This document shows, in pieces, positions 45,046 through 56,243 of a stretch of 64,000 nucleotides of DNA (position 1 is the first letter of the stretch; every line of letters begins with the position of its first letter). This DNA comes from Escherichia coli (GTDB lineage Bacteria; Pseudomonadota; Gammaproteobacteria; Enterobacterales; Enterobacteriaceae), in assembly GCF_044324785.1 (NCBI RefSeq), contig NZ_CP172127.1; one strand, written 5' to 3'. A program made the position numbers and the translations under genes. Below the pieces are notes generated by a model. The model worked only from the letters and a program-made list of their open reading frames with translations, searched no databases and was not told where the DNA came from.

Positions 45046-48000
45046 ATGGCCAGCACTGTTGCGGCAAACATCCCGCCCATCACGCCGGTACCTACCGCGT
45101 TTTGCGCGCCAGAACCGGCACCATGACTGATAACCAGCGGCAGCACGCCGAGAATAAAGGCCAGAGAGGTCATCAGGATTGGGCGTAAACGCATTCGCGC
45201 CGCTTCGATGATCGCCTCTATCGGCGTTTTCCCTTCTTTCTGCATCATCTCAACGGCAAATTCGACAATCAGGATGGCGTTCTTGGCAGAAAGCCCGATG
45301 GTGGTCAGCAAACCAACCTGGAAGTAGACATCATTACTTAAGCCGCGTAGATCGGTGGCCAGTAATGCGCCAACGACGCCTAACGGTACAACCAACATCA
45401 CCGAGAACGGAATTGACCAGCTCTCATAAAGTGCGGCGAGGGCGAGGAACACCACGACCAGTGAAATGGCATACAGCGCAGGAGCCTGGTTTGAGGATAA
45501 CGCTTCCTGATACGACAGTCCGGTCCATGAGTAGCCGACGCCTGCCGGAAGTTTAGCGACCAGGTCTGCCATAAATTTCATAGCGTCACCGGTACTTTTC
45601 CCGGCCGCCGCTTCACCTAAAATCTCCATTGACGGGATGCCGTTGTAGCGTTCCAGTCGCGGTGAACCATAGGTCCATTCGGTAGACGAGTAGGCAGAAA
45701 GCGGTGCCATCGTGCCAGAGGCGTTGCGTACATACCATTGGTTGATGTTATCCGGCAACATACGGAACGGCGTGCCTGCCTGGACATACACTTTTTTCAC
45801 CCGCCCCTGGTTGAGGAAGTCGTTCACGTAGCTGCTGCCGAAGGCGGTGGAAATTGTCTGGTTGATATCAGACAGCGCCACGCCCATTGCCTCGGCTTTC
45901 GCGGCGTTGACGTTCACTTTGAACATCGGCGTATCTTCCAGGCCGTTCGGGCGTACCCCGGTGACTTGATTTGGTGATTGCGCTGCCAGTGATAATAGCT
46001 CGTTTCGCGCCTGGGTCAGTTTTTCGTGCCCCAGGTTACCGTTGTCCAGCAGTTCCATATCAAAACCTGACGCGGTACCCAGTTCAGCCACCGCGGGTAA
46101 ATTGAACGGGAAGACGACGGCTTTATTGATACTGCTTAACGCAATCATTGCCCGCTGAATGATCGCGGTAACCGAGTTTTCCTCACCGACACGTTCAGAC
46201 CACGGCTTGAGACTGATAAACGCCAGGCCGTTGTTTTGCCCCTGGCCGCTGAAGCCAAAGCCGCCAACGGTAAATACCGACTGGACATTATCTTTCTCTT
46301 TAGTCAGATAATAATCCGTCACCTGTTGCAGCACTTTCGTGGTGTTAACCATGGTGGCACCGGAAGGTAACTGCGCGGTGGTCATAAATACCCCCTGATC
46401 CTCTTCTGGTAAGAAAGAGGTCGGCGTACGCAGGAACAGCACCGCCATCCCAGCGCAAATCAGCAGGTAGACCACCATGTAGCGACCGGTACAACGCAAC
46501 AGCGAGCGGGTGCTGTCGGTATAGTGCTGAGTTGATTTTTCAAACAGCGTGTTGAAGCGTGCGAACAGGGCGTTAGGTTTGTGACCGCCTTCCGGCGCGG
46601 CTTTCAGAATGGTGGCGCACAGGGCAGGGGTCAGGCTCATTGCCACAAATACTGAAAGCAGCATGGAGGAGATTAGCGTGATGGAGAACTGGCGGTAGAT
46701 CTCCCCGGTCGCACCGCTCATAAAGGCCATCGGCATAAACACTGCGGAAAGAACAACGGCAATCCCGACCAGCGCACGTTGGATCTGCCCCATCGATTTA
46801 TGCGTCGCTTCCTTCGGCGGTAGCTTATCTTCTGCAATGACACGCTCGACGTTCTCCACCACCACGATGGCGTCATCCACCAGTAACCCTATCGCCAGCA
46901 CCATCCCGAACATAGTTAACGTGTTGATGGTGAAACCGACCGCCGACAAGATCGCAAACGTCCCGAGAATAACCACCGGTACGGCAATCGTCGGGATGAT
47001 TGTGGCACGGAAATTCTGCAAAAACAGATACATTACCAGGAAGACGAGGATGATAGCCTCAACCAGTGTTTTAAAAACTTCCTGAATAGAAATTTCGATA
47101 AACGGCGTGGTGTCGTAAGGATAAACCGTCTTCAGACTTGCGGGGAAATAGGCTGATAAACGGTTCAGCTCCTCTTTGACTGCCCGCGAGGTATCCAGGG
47201 CGTTCGCTCCGGCAGCCAGTTTGATGGCGATCCCGGCCGCAGGTTTGCCGTTATAGCGCGCCACGGTGGAATAATCTTCCGCCCCAAGTTCGACGCGGGC
47301 GACATCACGCAGCAGCACTTGCGAACCATCTTGCTGAACTTTCAACAGGATTTTGCCAAATTCTTCCGGCGTTTGCAGACGCGTCTGCACAATGATCGAG
47401 GCGTTCAGTTGCTGGTCTGCCGCCTGTGGCATGCCACCCAGTTGACCACCAGAAATCTGGTTGTTTTGTACCTTAATCTGGGAAATAACATCGGAAGGTA
47501 CCAGGTTATATTTATTGAGTTTTTGCGGGTCCAGCCAGATACGCATGGCGTACTCGGAACCAAAGAGCTGTACGCTACCAACGCCCGCGGTACGGCTTAG
47601 CGGGTCTTTAATATTAGACGCTACATAGTCCGCGATATCGTACTGGTTGAGGCTGCCGTTATCAGAAATAAACGCCGCTACCATCAGGATATTACTGCTC
47701 GATTTATCGACGCTGATCCCCTGCTGCTGCACCGCTTCAGGTAATGAAGGCATAGCGAGTTGCAGTTTATTTTGCACCTGAACCTGTGCGATATCAGGAG
47801 ATGTCCCAGTCTCGAAGGTCAGAGTGATAGAGGCATTGCCCGCCGCATCACTGGTTGAAGACATGTACATCAGGCCATCAAGCCCATTCATATTTTGCTC
47901 AATCACCTGAGTGACCGAGTCTTCTACCGTTTGCGCATCGGCACCTGGATAGGTAGCGCTGACGGTAATGGTCGGTGGCGCAATCTGCGGATACTGCGCA

Positions 48001-48095
48001 ACCGGTAAGTTCATGATCGCCAGACCACCTGCAAGCATCATAATAATGGCAAGTACCCAGGCAAAAACCGGGCGATCAATAAAATAGTTAGCCAT
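44982..48095 (-). CDS. mdtF: RND multidrug efflux pump inner membrane subunit MdtF
   Basis: 1037 aa AcrB-like transporter. Confidence 0.93.
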
Positions 48096-48119
48096 GAAAG
48101 TCCCCTTAAGCCTGCAACG

Positions 48120-49277
48120 TTATTGTTTCGATTCGGTGCTGGCGTTTTCCTGGCTGGAGGAAATTGCTCGTGCTTTGATACCCGGACGAATGCGTTGCAA
48201 ACCGGAAACGATCACCCGATCGCCAGCCTGCAAGCCAGAGGTTACAACCCACTGGTCGCCGATGGCTTTGCTGGCTTCAATTTCGCGTAGCTGCACAACA
48301 TCGTCTTTATCCAGAATGAGCGCCGTTGCTTTACCCTGGGCGTTGTGGGTGACGCCTTCCTGCGGCACCAGTAATACATTCTGGCGGCTACCTTCATCCA
48401 CTAATGCCGTGACGTACATACCAGGCAGCAAGTCACCATTTGGGTTGGGGAAAATCGCCCGTAACGTCACGGAGCCCGTGGTTTCATCCACCGTCGGGTC
48501 GGAGAATTTCAGCGTGCCGGTCTGGCTGTAACGTTTACCATTTTCCAGATTGAGCTGTACTGGCGTACTGCCCTGAACCTGTTTGATTTGCCCACTGGCG
48601 ACCTCTTCTTTCATGCGTAAGAAATCTTGCACCGACTGCGTGAGATCGACATAAATCGGGTCCAGACGTTGTACGGTAACCAGCGAATCTGCCTGATTAG
48701 CGGTAACGAGTGCGCCGACGGTCACCGACGATTTCCCGCTGACGCCCGTAATCGGCGAGGTGACATTCGCGTATTGCAGATTGATCGTCGCCTGTTCAAC
48801 AGCCGCTTTGGCGACGGTGACATTGGCTTCTGCTTCATTCAACTGGGTGCGCGCGGTGTCGTAATCCTGACGGCTAACGTAGTTGGTCTTCAGCAACGAT
48901 GCCTGGCGGTTAAAGGTGATGCGGGCATTGCTGGCGGTAGAGAGCGCTTTCGCCAGCGTGCCTTTGGCGGAGTTCAGCTCGGCCTGTAAAGGTGCAGGAT
49001 CAATCTGATACAGCGAATCGCCCTGGTTCACTTTATCGCCTTCGATAAAGTTGCGTTTAATGATAATACCGCCCACCTGGGGACGTATCTCGGCAACTTC
49101 ATAAGGAACGGTTCTACCGGGCAATTCGCTCAATACATTGACCGAACCGGGGGAGAGTGTGACGACACCGACCTCAGGCGTCATGGCGGCGGCGTTTTCC
49201 GCCGATTTGTCATCGCAGGCGGTGAGCATCGCGCCGCAGAATAACAACGGTATTAACAGCTTTCTTCTTCTGTTCAT
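48120..49277 (-). CDS. mdtE: RND efflux membrane fusion protein MdtE
   Basis: 385 aa with lipoprotein signal (LLFCGAMLTAC). Confidence 0.93.
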   Translation of the reverse strand: MNRRRKLLIPLLFCGAMLTACDDKSAENAAAMTPEVGVVTLSPGSVNVLSELPGRTVPYEVAEIRPQVGGIIIKRNFIEGDKVNQGDSLYQIDPAPLQAELNSAKGTLAKALSTASNARITFNRQASLLKTNYVSRQDYDTARTQLNEAEANVTVAKAAVEQATINLQYANVTSPITGVSGKSSVTVGALVTANQADSLVTVQRLDPIYVDLTQSVQDFLRMKEEVASGQIKQVQGSTPVQLNLENGKRYSQTGTLKFSDPTVDETTGSVTLRAIFPNPNGDLLPGMYVTALVDEGSRQNVLLVPQEGVTHNAQGKATALILDKDDVVQLREIEASKAIGDQWVVTSGLQAGDRVIVSGLQRIRPGIKARAISSSQENASTESKQ

Positions 49278-49615
49278 TTTAGTCCCTGAAAATTCTTGAG
49301 AAATAACGGTTCTTTAAATTGCGCGCGAGGAGAGATATGAGGGATTTACAGACCAGCGGCATAGTGGGGTTGTCAGCCAGTAAGGTGGGATACAGGCATA
49401 GTGATCGACATGGTGAGGTCAACGACAAAAAAAATGTTGCCGTTCTGCCAACAGTTCCTGCCAGCATTCGGGCAACGAAGGGTTCTACTGGTGGATACAC
49501 ATACCAGGGGAATAAAGTCGTTTTAACCTCTCCTTTAGTAATCACCGGGGGTAATGAAATCAGCATCTGCATCCCTCGTCATGCCAGCCATCAATTTCAG
49601 TTGCTTATGTCCTGA

Positions 49616-50143
49616 CTAAAAATAAGATGTGATACCCAGGGTGACGATGTCGCTCATACGTCTTAGTTTCAGCTTGTACATAATGTTGAATTTCTGAATC
49701 TTTAATGTTTGTTGCGAAATATTGAGCGTCGACGTGATATTGCTTTCATTTTTATTTTTCAGAATCAGTTGCATAATTTTGAACTGATTATGTGAAAAAC
49801 ATAATTGTGAATTCTTATGGGGCAAGTGTTTACCATAAGTAATCTCAAGAAGATTTTTGATACTTTCTTTGCGGCTAACAAAATAAATAGGCGCTTTAGC
49901 TTTTAGTTTACTGATGTGATAAGGTGCCAAAACAATAATTCTCTCGGCATCTAATTTCTCCAGAAATTTAATCGCTTCTTCATCAAGGATATGATTGTGA
50001 TAGGTATCAATGATAACCTTGAAGGGTTTATTGCCTACTTTTTTGATCTCTGACAGGGAATTGATTTTTATCATTTCGTGATTATCTTTCAACTGCCAAA
50101 AGCCCTGTAAAAGAAAAGAATCTTTCGTCATGAGAAAAATCAT
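49616..50143 (-). CDS. gadE: LuxR-family acid resistance master regulator GadE
   Basis: 175 aa from MIFLMTKDSFLLQG; AAGGAG SD upstream; the track ORF is over-extended. Confidence 0.92.
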   Translation of the reverse strand: MIFLMTKDSFLLQGFWQLKDNHEMIKINSLSEIKKVGNKPFKVIIDTYHNHILDEEAIKFLEKLDAERIIVLAPYHISKLKAKAPIYFVSRKESIKNLLEITYGKHLPHKNSQLCFSHNQFKIMQLILKNKNESNITSTLNISQQTLKIQKFNIMYKLKLRRMSDIVTLGITSYF

Positions 50144-50941
50144 AACTTGCTCCTTAGCCGTTATCGTTTCGAACATGTCATCCTTTTCATTATTTACATC
50201 CTTGTCAGAATCGTTGTTCAATATAGTAAACGCCTATAAGAACTTTGCCCTTCGTGAACTAATACGTCTATTAACACTAATCAATGCTTCAGATTTATCC
50301 ATCACGCACTCCATATATTGATCCTAAGTAAAATTCCTGGTTGTTATCAGTTTGTAAACAGCAAACAAAAACTTAACGTTTGCGGATTACTGCCCAAGAA
50401 TAAGTTATCAATAACCAGTTTGTGATCTCTGAAGAATATTACTAAAGTTAAAATGTAATCCGATTTAAATATCGAGTCTCCTTGTTTCGACTTAAGCTGG
50501 CAATTGGATTGCCAGCTTTCTTTTAACGCATTGAAATTACCTGAGTAAATAACTCATTCATGTCTTCAGGTTTTTATATAGCGTCTGGAGACACGGATAT
50601 TTATGCAATGTAATCAACGCCAGTTGCAAAAAAATGAACCCGGATTACTTATTTAACCGCCCATAGCATCAACGCTTACGGAACTCTTTGTTCACTTTCC
50701 CACAGCACTTTTAAAACATTAAACCTGACTACGGAAAATATCAGCCATGATAATGTTTGAAATGGCTAATTTGCCATGGAGTGAAAAAAATCATATGAAA
50801 TTCAGTAGGTTGAAATAATCATCAGCAGGTAATTATTTCAATGATAGTGCGCAATTGATCTATAACGCTGTGTAGCGGAGAGAGTATTAATCGGATCATA
50901 GTCACATCAAGTGACTATGATCCGGGTGATAACCGGGATAA
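50144..50941 (-). promoter_or_regulatory. Large gadE upstream regulatory region
   Basis: About 800 bp AT-rich non-coding spacer between hdeD stop and gadE start; individual sites not resolved. Confidence 0.5.
50893..50923 (-). terminator. Palindromic hairpin downstream of hdeD
   Basis: ggatcatagtcac atcaa gtgactatgatcc perfect 13-bp inverted repeat about 20 bp after the hdeD stop. Confidence 0.4.
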
Positions 50942-51514
50942 TTATTGCTGCTTAACGAACAAACTGGCGAAGCTGAACAGGCTGGCGGCGCTAAATATCA
51001 GTTCAATACCCACCAGTGTGGAAACCAAAGTTACAGACACCATCGGCGTTGCACCAAGGAATATCCAGGCAATGACGATATCCAGCACACCAATAACGAG
51101 CTGTAGCCAGCTGCCTTTCATTGAACGCTGACGATACCAACTCATCAGGCGAATAACCCCTGCAACACAGAACAAACCGGCAATAAATGCCGCAATGGCA
51201 AAAATGCCCAGCTCCGGTGCGCGGATGAAGAAATAGCCGATCAATAAATAGGCGACTGCGACGAGGAAACCGGATAATACCGGCCAGAAATTATGACTGC
51301 GGTTGCTGAATAACCCGACAATAAGCGCAATGCCCGAGCAGATTAATAATGCACCCACTACTGTGCTTAAAATATCGCCAGAGACGAACGGGAAACTGAT
51401 ACACAGCAACCCGACGATAAACAGTAGCACGGCAATAAACTGGATTGCTCTGCGATGCTTTTTCAGCATCTCCAGATCAAACTTCAAAATTGTTGCCTTA
51501 TCTATATATAACAT
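50942..51514 (-). CDS. hdeD: Acid-resistance membrane protein HdeD
   Basis: 190 aa multi-TM; divergent from hdeAB. Confidence 0.92.
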   Translation of the reverse strand: MLYIDKATILKFDLEMLKKHRRAIQFIAVLLFIVGLLCISFPFVSGDILSTVVGALLICSGIALIVGLFSNRSHNFWPVLSGFLVAVAYLLIGYFFIRAPELGIFAIAAFIAGLFCVAGVIRLMSWYRQRSMKGSWLQLVIGVLDIVIAWIFLGATPMVSVTLVSTLVGIELIFSAASLFSFASLFVKQQ

Positions 51515-51768
51515 AGAACCACCCTATAAAATTAAGAAGAAAATCCCCTGCTATCAATCTATGCCAAAAACGCGTCTAAGAATGCAGTCGATTTAATAAA
51601 AATTTCCTAATTGCAGTATCTGATGCATCTGTAACTCATTGTATTGAAATAAAAATATCTGATTTTGATATTTTCCATCAACATGACATATACAGAAAAC
51701 CAGGTTATAACCTCAGTGTCGAAATTGATTCGTGACGGCTCTTTCACTTTATAGTTGAGGATATTACG

Positions 51769-52101
51769 ATGAAAAAAGTATTAGGCGTTATTCTTGGTGG
51801 TCTGCTTCTTCTGCCAGTTGTGAGCAATGCAGCGGATGCGCAAAAAGCAGCTGATAACAAAAAACCGGTCAACTCCTGGACCTGTGAAGATTTCCTGGCT
51901 GTGGACGAATCCTTCCAGCCAACTGCAGTTGGTTTTGCTGAAGCGCTGAACAACAAAGATAAACCAGAAGATGCGGTTTTAGATGTTCAGGGTATTGCAA
52001 CCGTAACCCCAGCTATCGTTCAGGCTTGTACTCAGGATAAACAAGCCAACTTTAAAGATAAAGTTAAAGGCGAATGGGACAAAATTAAGAAAGATATGTA
52101 A
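51769..52101 (+). CDS. hdeA: Periplasmic acid stress chaperone HdeA
   Basis: 110 aa with signal peptide. Confidence 0.93.
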   Translation: MKKVLGVILGGLLLLPVVSNAADAQKAADNKKPVNSWTCEDFLAVDESFQPTAVGFAEALNNKDKPEDAVLDVQGIATVTPAIVQACTQDKQANFKDKVKGEWDKIKKDM

Positions 52102-52216
52102 TTCCGGGAATGCGTTACATCGTACTTCCTTGCATATTGAACAGGCCGGAATATCTTCTTTAAAAGCAGCTATTCCTCCTGTTCATATATAATCTCTATA
52201 TTGAATGGGTTACAAA

Positions 52217-52543
52217 ATGAATATTTCATCTCTCCGTAAAGCGTTTATTTTTATGGGCGCTGTAGCGGCTTTGTCACTGGTGAACGCACAATCTGCGCTG
52301 GCAGCCAATGAATCCGCTAAAGATATGACCTGCCAGGAATTTATTGATCTGAATCCAAAAGCAATGACCCCGGTTGCATGGTGGATGCTGCATGAAGAGA
52401 CAGTATATAAAGGTGGCGATACTGTTACTTTAAATGAAACCGATCTCACTCAAATTCCTAAAGTGATCGAATACTGCAAGAAAAACCCGCAGAAAAATTT
52501 GTATACCTTCAAAAATCAAGCATCTAATGACTTGCCGAATTAA
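52217..52543 (+). CDS. hdeB: Periplasmic acid stress chaperone HdeB
   Basis: 108 aa from MNISSLRKAF with signal peptide. Confidence 0.92.
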   Translation: MNISSLRKAFIFMGAVAALSLVNAQSALAANESAKDMTCQEFIDLNPKAMTPVAWWMLHEETVYKGGDTVTLNETDLTQIPKVIEYCKKNPQKNLYTFKNQASNDLPN

Positions 52544-52555
52544 TGAGGTACAAGT

Positions 52556-52605
52556 AAAAAGGAGTAGCAAGTTGAGCCATCTTGCTGCTCCTTTTTGCAT
52601 TTTTA
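52556..52605 (+). terminator. Rho-independent terminator after hdeB
   Basis: aaaaaggagtagcaag ... cttgctgctccttttt hairpin followed by tgcattttt. Confidence 0.65.
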
Positions 52606-52606
52606 T

Positions 52607-53254
52607 ATGACAGCAGAATTTATTATACGTCTTATACTCGCAGCAATTGCCTGTGGCGCTATTGGCATGGAAAGGCAAATACGCGGCAAAGGAGCAGGGT
52701 TACGCACACATGTATTAATTGGCATGGGAAGCGCCCTGTTTATGATTGTTTCGAAATATGGTTTTGCTGACGTACTGTCTTTAGATCACGTCGGACTGGA
52801 CCCCAGCCGTATTGCTGCTCAGGTGGTGACGGGCGTCGGGTTTATCGGTGCAGGTAACATTCTCGTTCGTAACCAAAATATTGTAGGTCTGACGACGGCA
52901 GCGGATATCTGGGTGACCGCCGCTATAGGTATGGTTATTGGCAGTGGTATGTACGAACTGGGCATTTATGGTTCAGTGATGACCTTACTGGTGCTGGAAG
53001 TCTTCCATCAATTAACCTTCCGCCTGATGAACAAAAATTACCATTTACAGCTGACATTAGTGAACGGTAATACGGTATCAATGCTCGACTGGTTTAAGCA
53101 GCAAAAAATAAAAACTGATTTAGTTTCGTTGCAGGAAAATGAAGATCATGAAGTGGTCGCCATTGATATCCAGCTTCATGCCACGACGTCGATAGAAGAT
53201 CTGTTGCGATTATTAAAAGGTATGGCAGGGGTGAAAGGCGTTTCAATTAGCTAA
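52607..53254 (+). CDS. yhiD: MgtC-family inner membrane protein YhiD
   Basis: 215 aa from MTAEFIIRL. Confidence 0.88.
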   Translation: MTAEFIIRLILAAIACGAIGMERQIRGKGAGLRTHVLIGMGSALFMIVSKYGFADVLSLDHVGLDPSRIAAQVVTGVGFIGAGNILVRNQNIVGLTTAADIWVTAAIGMVIGSGMYELGIYGSVMTLLVLEVFHQLTFRLMNKNYHLQLTLVNGNTVSMLDWFKQQKIKTDLVSLQENEDHEVVAIDIQLHATTSIEDLLRLLKGMAGVKGVSIS

Positions 53255-53273
53255 TCTGTATAGTTATTTATTC

Positions 53274-53306
53274 GCAGGAGTACCGGAGCGGTACTCCTGT
53301 TGGTTT
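53274..53306. terminator. Bidirectional terminator between convergent yhiD and chuV
   Basis: ggagtaccg gagc ggtactcc hairpin followed by tgttggtttt. Confidence 0.6.
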
Positions 53307-54076
53307 TAATGATCGAGGACGATCAGTGGTGAATGGTTGGCAGGATCTTTAAGTACGGTAATATCCGCGCCGTAGAGCATTGTCAGTGCCTGCTGTGTCA
53401 ATACATCCTGCGGTTTACCATTTGCGATAACCTTTCCTTTTTGCATTAATACAATACGGTCTGCATAACGTGCGGCAAGATTTAGATCGTGCAATACGCA
53501 GCAAACATTGAATTGCCGTTCGTGAACTAACTGGCGTAATAAACGGAACAAGTGCTGCTGATGGTGAATATCCAGCGCCGAAGTTGGTTCATCAAGAAAT
53601 AACCATTTCGGTGAGGGAGTAGGTTCCCAGAGTTGCACCAGCAGGCGCGCTAATTGCACGCGCTGTTGTTCACCACCGGATAATTGCCGATAGTCGCGGT
53701 TTGCTAACGCCTGACAGTCACATAACGCCATTATTTGTGCTGTTTCATTATCCTTATTACCAGTGCGATGCGGATGCCGCCCCATCTGGATAACTTCTTG
53801 TACGCTGAATGGAAACGCCATGTGGCTATTTTGACGCATCACGGCCCGGTGTTTCGCCAGTTCAGTAATCGACCATTTATTTAATGGCTTATTAAACAAC
53901 CGACATTCGCCGCTATCAGGTTGAAGATAGCCGGTTAACTGGCGAAGCAGCGTAGATTTTCCCGCACCATTAGGGCCGAGAATGGCAACAATTTCCCCAC
54001 CGGGAAAAGTCAGCGAGACATTATCAGTCAGGCGTCGCCCATGAAGGCTATAAACCAGATTCTGGGCGCTGATCAT
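53306..54076 (-). CDS. chuV: Heme ABC transporter ATP-binding protein ChuV/HmuV
   Basis: 256 aa from [13 protein letters not shown]; Walker [10 protein letters not shown], signature LSGGEQQR; 4-bp overlap with chuU. Confidence 0.85.
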   Translation of the reverse strand: MISAQNLVYSLHGRRLTDNVSLTFPGGEIVAILGPNGAGKSTLLRQLTGYLQPDSGECRLFNKPLNKWSITELAKHRAVMRQNSHMAFPFSVQEVIQMGRHPHRTGNKDNETAQIMALCDCQALANRDYRQLSGGEQQRVQLARLLVQLWEPTPSPKWLFLDEPTSALDIHHQQHLFRLLRQLVHERQFNVCCVLHDLNLAARYADRIVLMQKGKVIANGKPQDVLTQQALTMLYGADITVLKDPANHSPLIVLDH

Positions 54077-55065
54077 GTGATCCTCCGGTTGCGCAGAATC
54101 AACCACATAAAATAAGGACCACCAAGCAGGCTGGTTAATAATCCCACGGGCATTTCTGCTGGCTGTACCAGCGTGCGGGCAAGCGTGTCTGCCATCAGCA
54201 ATAAACAGGCTCCGGCGAGGGCGGAGCAAGGGATTAGCCAGCGGTGATTTGCTCCGGTAGTCATGCGAATCAGATGCGGGATCACCAGGCCAATAAAGCC
54301 GATAATGCCGCTTACCGATACGGCAGCACCAACGAGCAGTGAGCTCACTAACAGTAATTGCTGGCGTTTACGCTTAACGTTCACGCCGAGGTAGTGGGCT
54401 TCTTCATCACCGAGCTGCAGTAAATTCAGCGTTCCGGCGAGACAAGTTGTTGCGATAATGGCCGGTAGGATGAATGAACTGGCAACCAATAACGTCGGCC
54501 ATTGCGCCTGTCCAAGATTGCCCATCATCCACAATGTGAGTTGTCGTAGCTGCTGCTCATCGCCGATATAGCTCAGGATGCCGATCGCTGCGCCGCACAG
54601 GGCATTGATGGCGATACCAGCGAGTAATAATTGCATCATGCTGCCATCGCGATGGCGCTGCGTGATGAGAAAAATGATGGTGCAGACCACTAAACTTCCG
54701 ACAATGGCAAACACCATTTGCTCATAGAGCACTAGCACCACTGGGAAGGAGAAGGGCAGCACAATAGCAACGCCAACCATTAATGCAGAACCGCTACTGA
54801 CGCCAAGTAATCCTGGGTCAGCCATTGGGTTGCGAAAAAGCCCCTGCATAATTACCCCGGCGGTTGCCAACGCTGCACCTACCAGCACCGCCAGCAAAAC
54901 CCGTGGTAGACGAATATTGAGCCAGATATCGCGGTATTCCTCATCAAAAAGGGCATCAAAACTGATCCTTAACGCTCCCTGACTGGCACCGAACAGCACC
55001 AGAGCGAGCAATAATAGTGATAGCCTCATAAAGACCCTGGCGGAAGAGAGTGAATCCTTGAGCAC
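54073..55065 (-). CDS. chuU: Heme ABC transporter permease ChuU
   Basis: 330 aa FecCD-type permease. Confidence 0.85.
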   Translation of the reverse strand: MLKDSLSSARVFMRLSLLLLALVLFGASQGALRISFDALFDEEYRDIWLNIRLPRVLLAVLVGAALATAGVIMQGLFRNPMADPGLLGVSSGSALMVGVAIVLPFSFPVVLVLYEQMVFAIVGSLVVCTIIFLITQRHRDGSMMQLLLAGIAINALCGAAIGILSYIGDEQQLRQLTLWMMGNLGQAQWPTLLVASSFILPAIIATTCLAGTLNLLQLGDEEAHYLGVNVKRKRQQLLLVSSLLVGAAVSVSGIIGFIGLVIPHLIRMTTGANHRWLIPCSALAGACLLLMADTLARTLVQPAEMPVGLLTSLLGGPYFMWLILRNRRIT

Positions 55066-55113
55066 GCAAAACTCCGTTACGACATTACGGCGCGGACATG
55101 CCGCGCCGGGGGA

Positions 55114-55737
55114 TCACGCCGGTTTCAGGTCCGGTTCAATCAGACTGTAGACCTGCTGGTTAAGTGCTGGCGCATTTGCCAGTTCATGGATATGTGCGGC
55201 GACATCGGTACGGTTAACAAAACCATGACACTCCTGATTTTGTATCCGTTGTGCTTTGCCCGTTGCCGCCCCATCAAGCAGACCGCCAGGGCGGAGAATG
55301 GCGTAATCAAGCTGGCTGGTTTGCAACCAGCTTTCCGCCAGCGTTTTTTCCCGTACCGCCTGACCAAACGCAGCCTTTGCTCGCTCCGATAAAAACGGCC
55401 AGCTATCGCCGCATCCCAAAGAGGTCACCAGAATCATGCGACTGATGCCGGCCTTTTCGGCCTCATCAATCACTGTTCTGTGCGCCAGATAATCCTGAGC
55501 TCCTCCCATTGTTGAGATGATAAGCGCATCCGGGCCAGCTGCGCGGCAAGCAGCCGCAACTACGCTGGCATCACAGGCGTCGCCTGTAAAAACCTGTACG
55601 CCTTGTTGCGCCAGTTTCGTGGCGGCATCGGCATGACGAACGACAGCAACGACCGGACGTTGCTCTGCCAGCGCCAGTTCAAGCGTTCTGGCACCCACAC
55701 CTTTTCCGCCTGCGCCAAAGAGTAGCCACGGCGTCAT
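55114..55737 (-). CDS. chuY: ChuY, NAD(P)-binding heme utilisation protein
   Basis: 207 aa with Rossmann-like N-terminus; position in chu operon. Confidence 0.8.
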   Translation of the reverse strand: MTPWLLFGAGGKGVGARTLELALAEQRPVVAVVRHADAATKLAQQGVQVFTGDACDASVVAAACRAAGPDALIISTMGGAQDYLAHRTVIDEAEKAGISRMILVTSLGCGDSWPFLSERAKAAFGQAVREKTLAESWLQTSQLDYAILRPGGLLDGAATGKAQRIQNQECHGFVNRTDVAAHIHELANAPALNQQVYSLIEPDLKPA

Positions 55738-56231
55738 CAGGCGTGTTCCTTTAACGATGCTGCCAGAGCATGGAAGGCGCTGACTTGTTCGCTCAGGAGC
55801 TGACGATGGTCATCCCTGCCGAGGAAGATTTTCAGCATTGCGCTGCCTTCTTTGTTGAAAAAGAGAATGGATGCGGTGTCCATGCCCATAAATTTACGTT
55901 CGATCAAGGCAATATGTGTGCAGTTTTCTGCTTTGATATGCCCGGACATGCCGTGCTTTCCGCGTAGGTTGAAATAGCCGTGGCGGTGGAAACCCGAAGG
56001 CAGTTCGCCGCTAAATTCGAGGATTACATCGGCAGTATGTACTAACGTGGTGACGTTGCCCCATTCGCAGACGGTATCCCAGATAGTATCGAATTTATCG
56101 CCTGACACTATGGTAGAGGAGGGCAGATTTTTCACTACTTCCAGCAGTGTGGTGTTGTATTGTTCGGCTACCACCTCCAGCGTACCGTCCGGCTCCGTTT
56201 TCAAAAATTCTTGTAACGAGACATGGCTCAT
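55737..56231 (-). CDS. chuX: ChuX heme utilisation/carrier protein
   Basis: 164 aa between chuW and chuY. Confidence 0.8.
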   Translation of the reverse strand: MSHVSLQEFLKTEPDGTLEVVAEQYNTTLLEVVKNLPSSTIVSGDKFDTIWDTVCEWGNVTTLVHTADVILEFSGELPSGFHRHGYFNLRGKHGMSGHIKAENCTHIALIERKFMGMDTASILFFNKEGSAMLKIFLGRDDHRQLLSEQVSAFHALAASLKEHA

Positions 56232-56243
56232 AAATCACTCCTG

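Noticed and set aside
49279-49615. Overlapping 97-aa (minus) and 98-aa (plus) ORFs in the gadE/mdtE spacer
   Set aside because: No convincing SD and no recognisable features; this region is more plausibly the mdtEF promoter and gadE 3' region.
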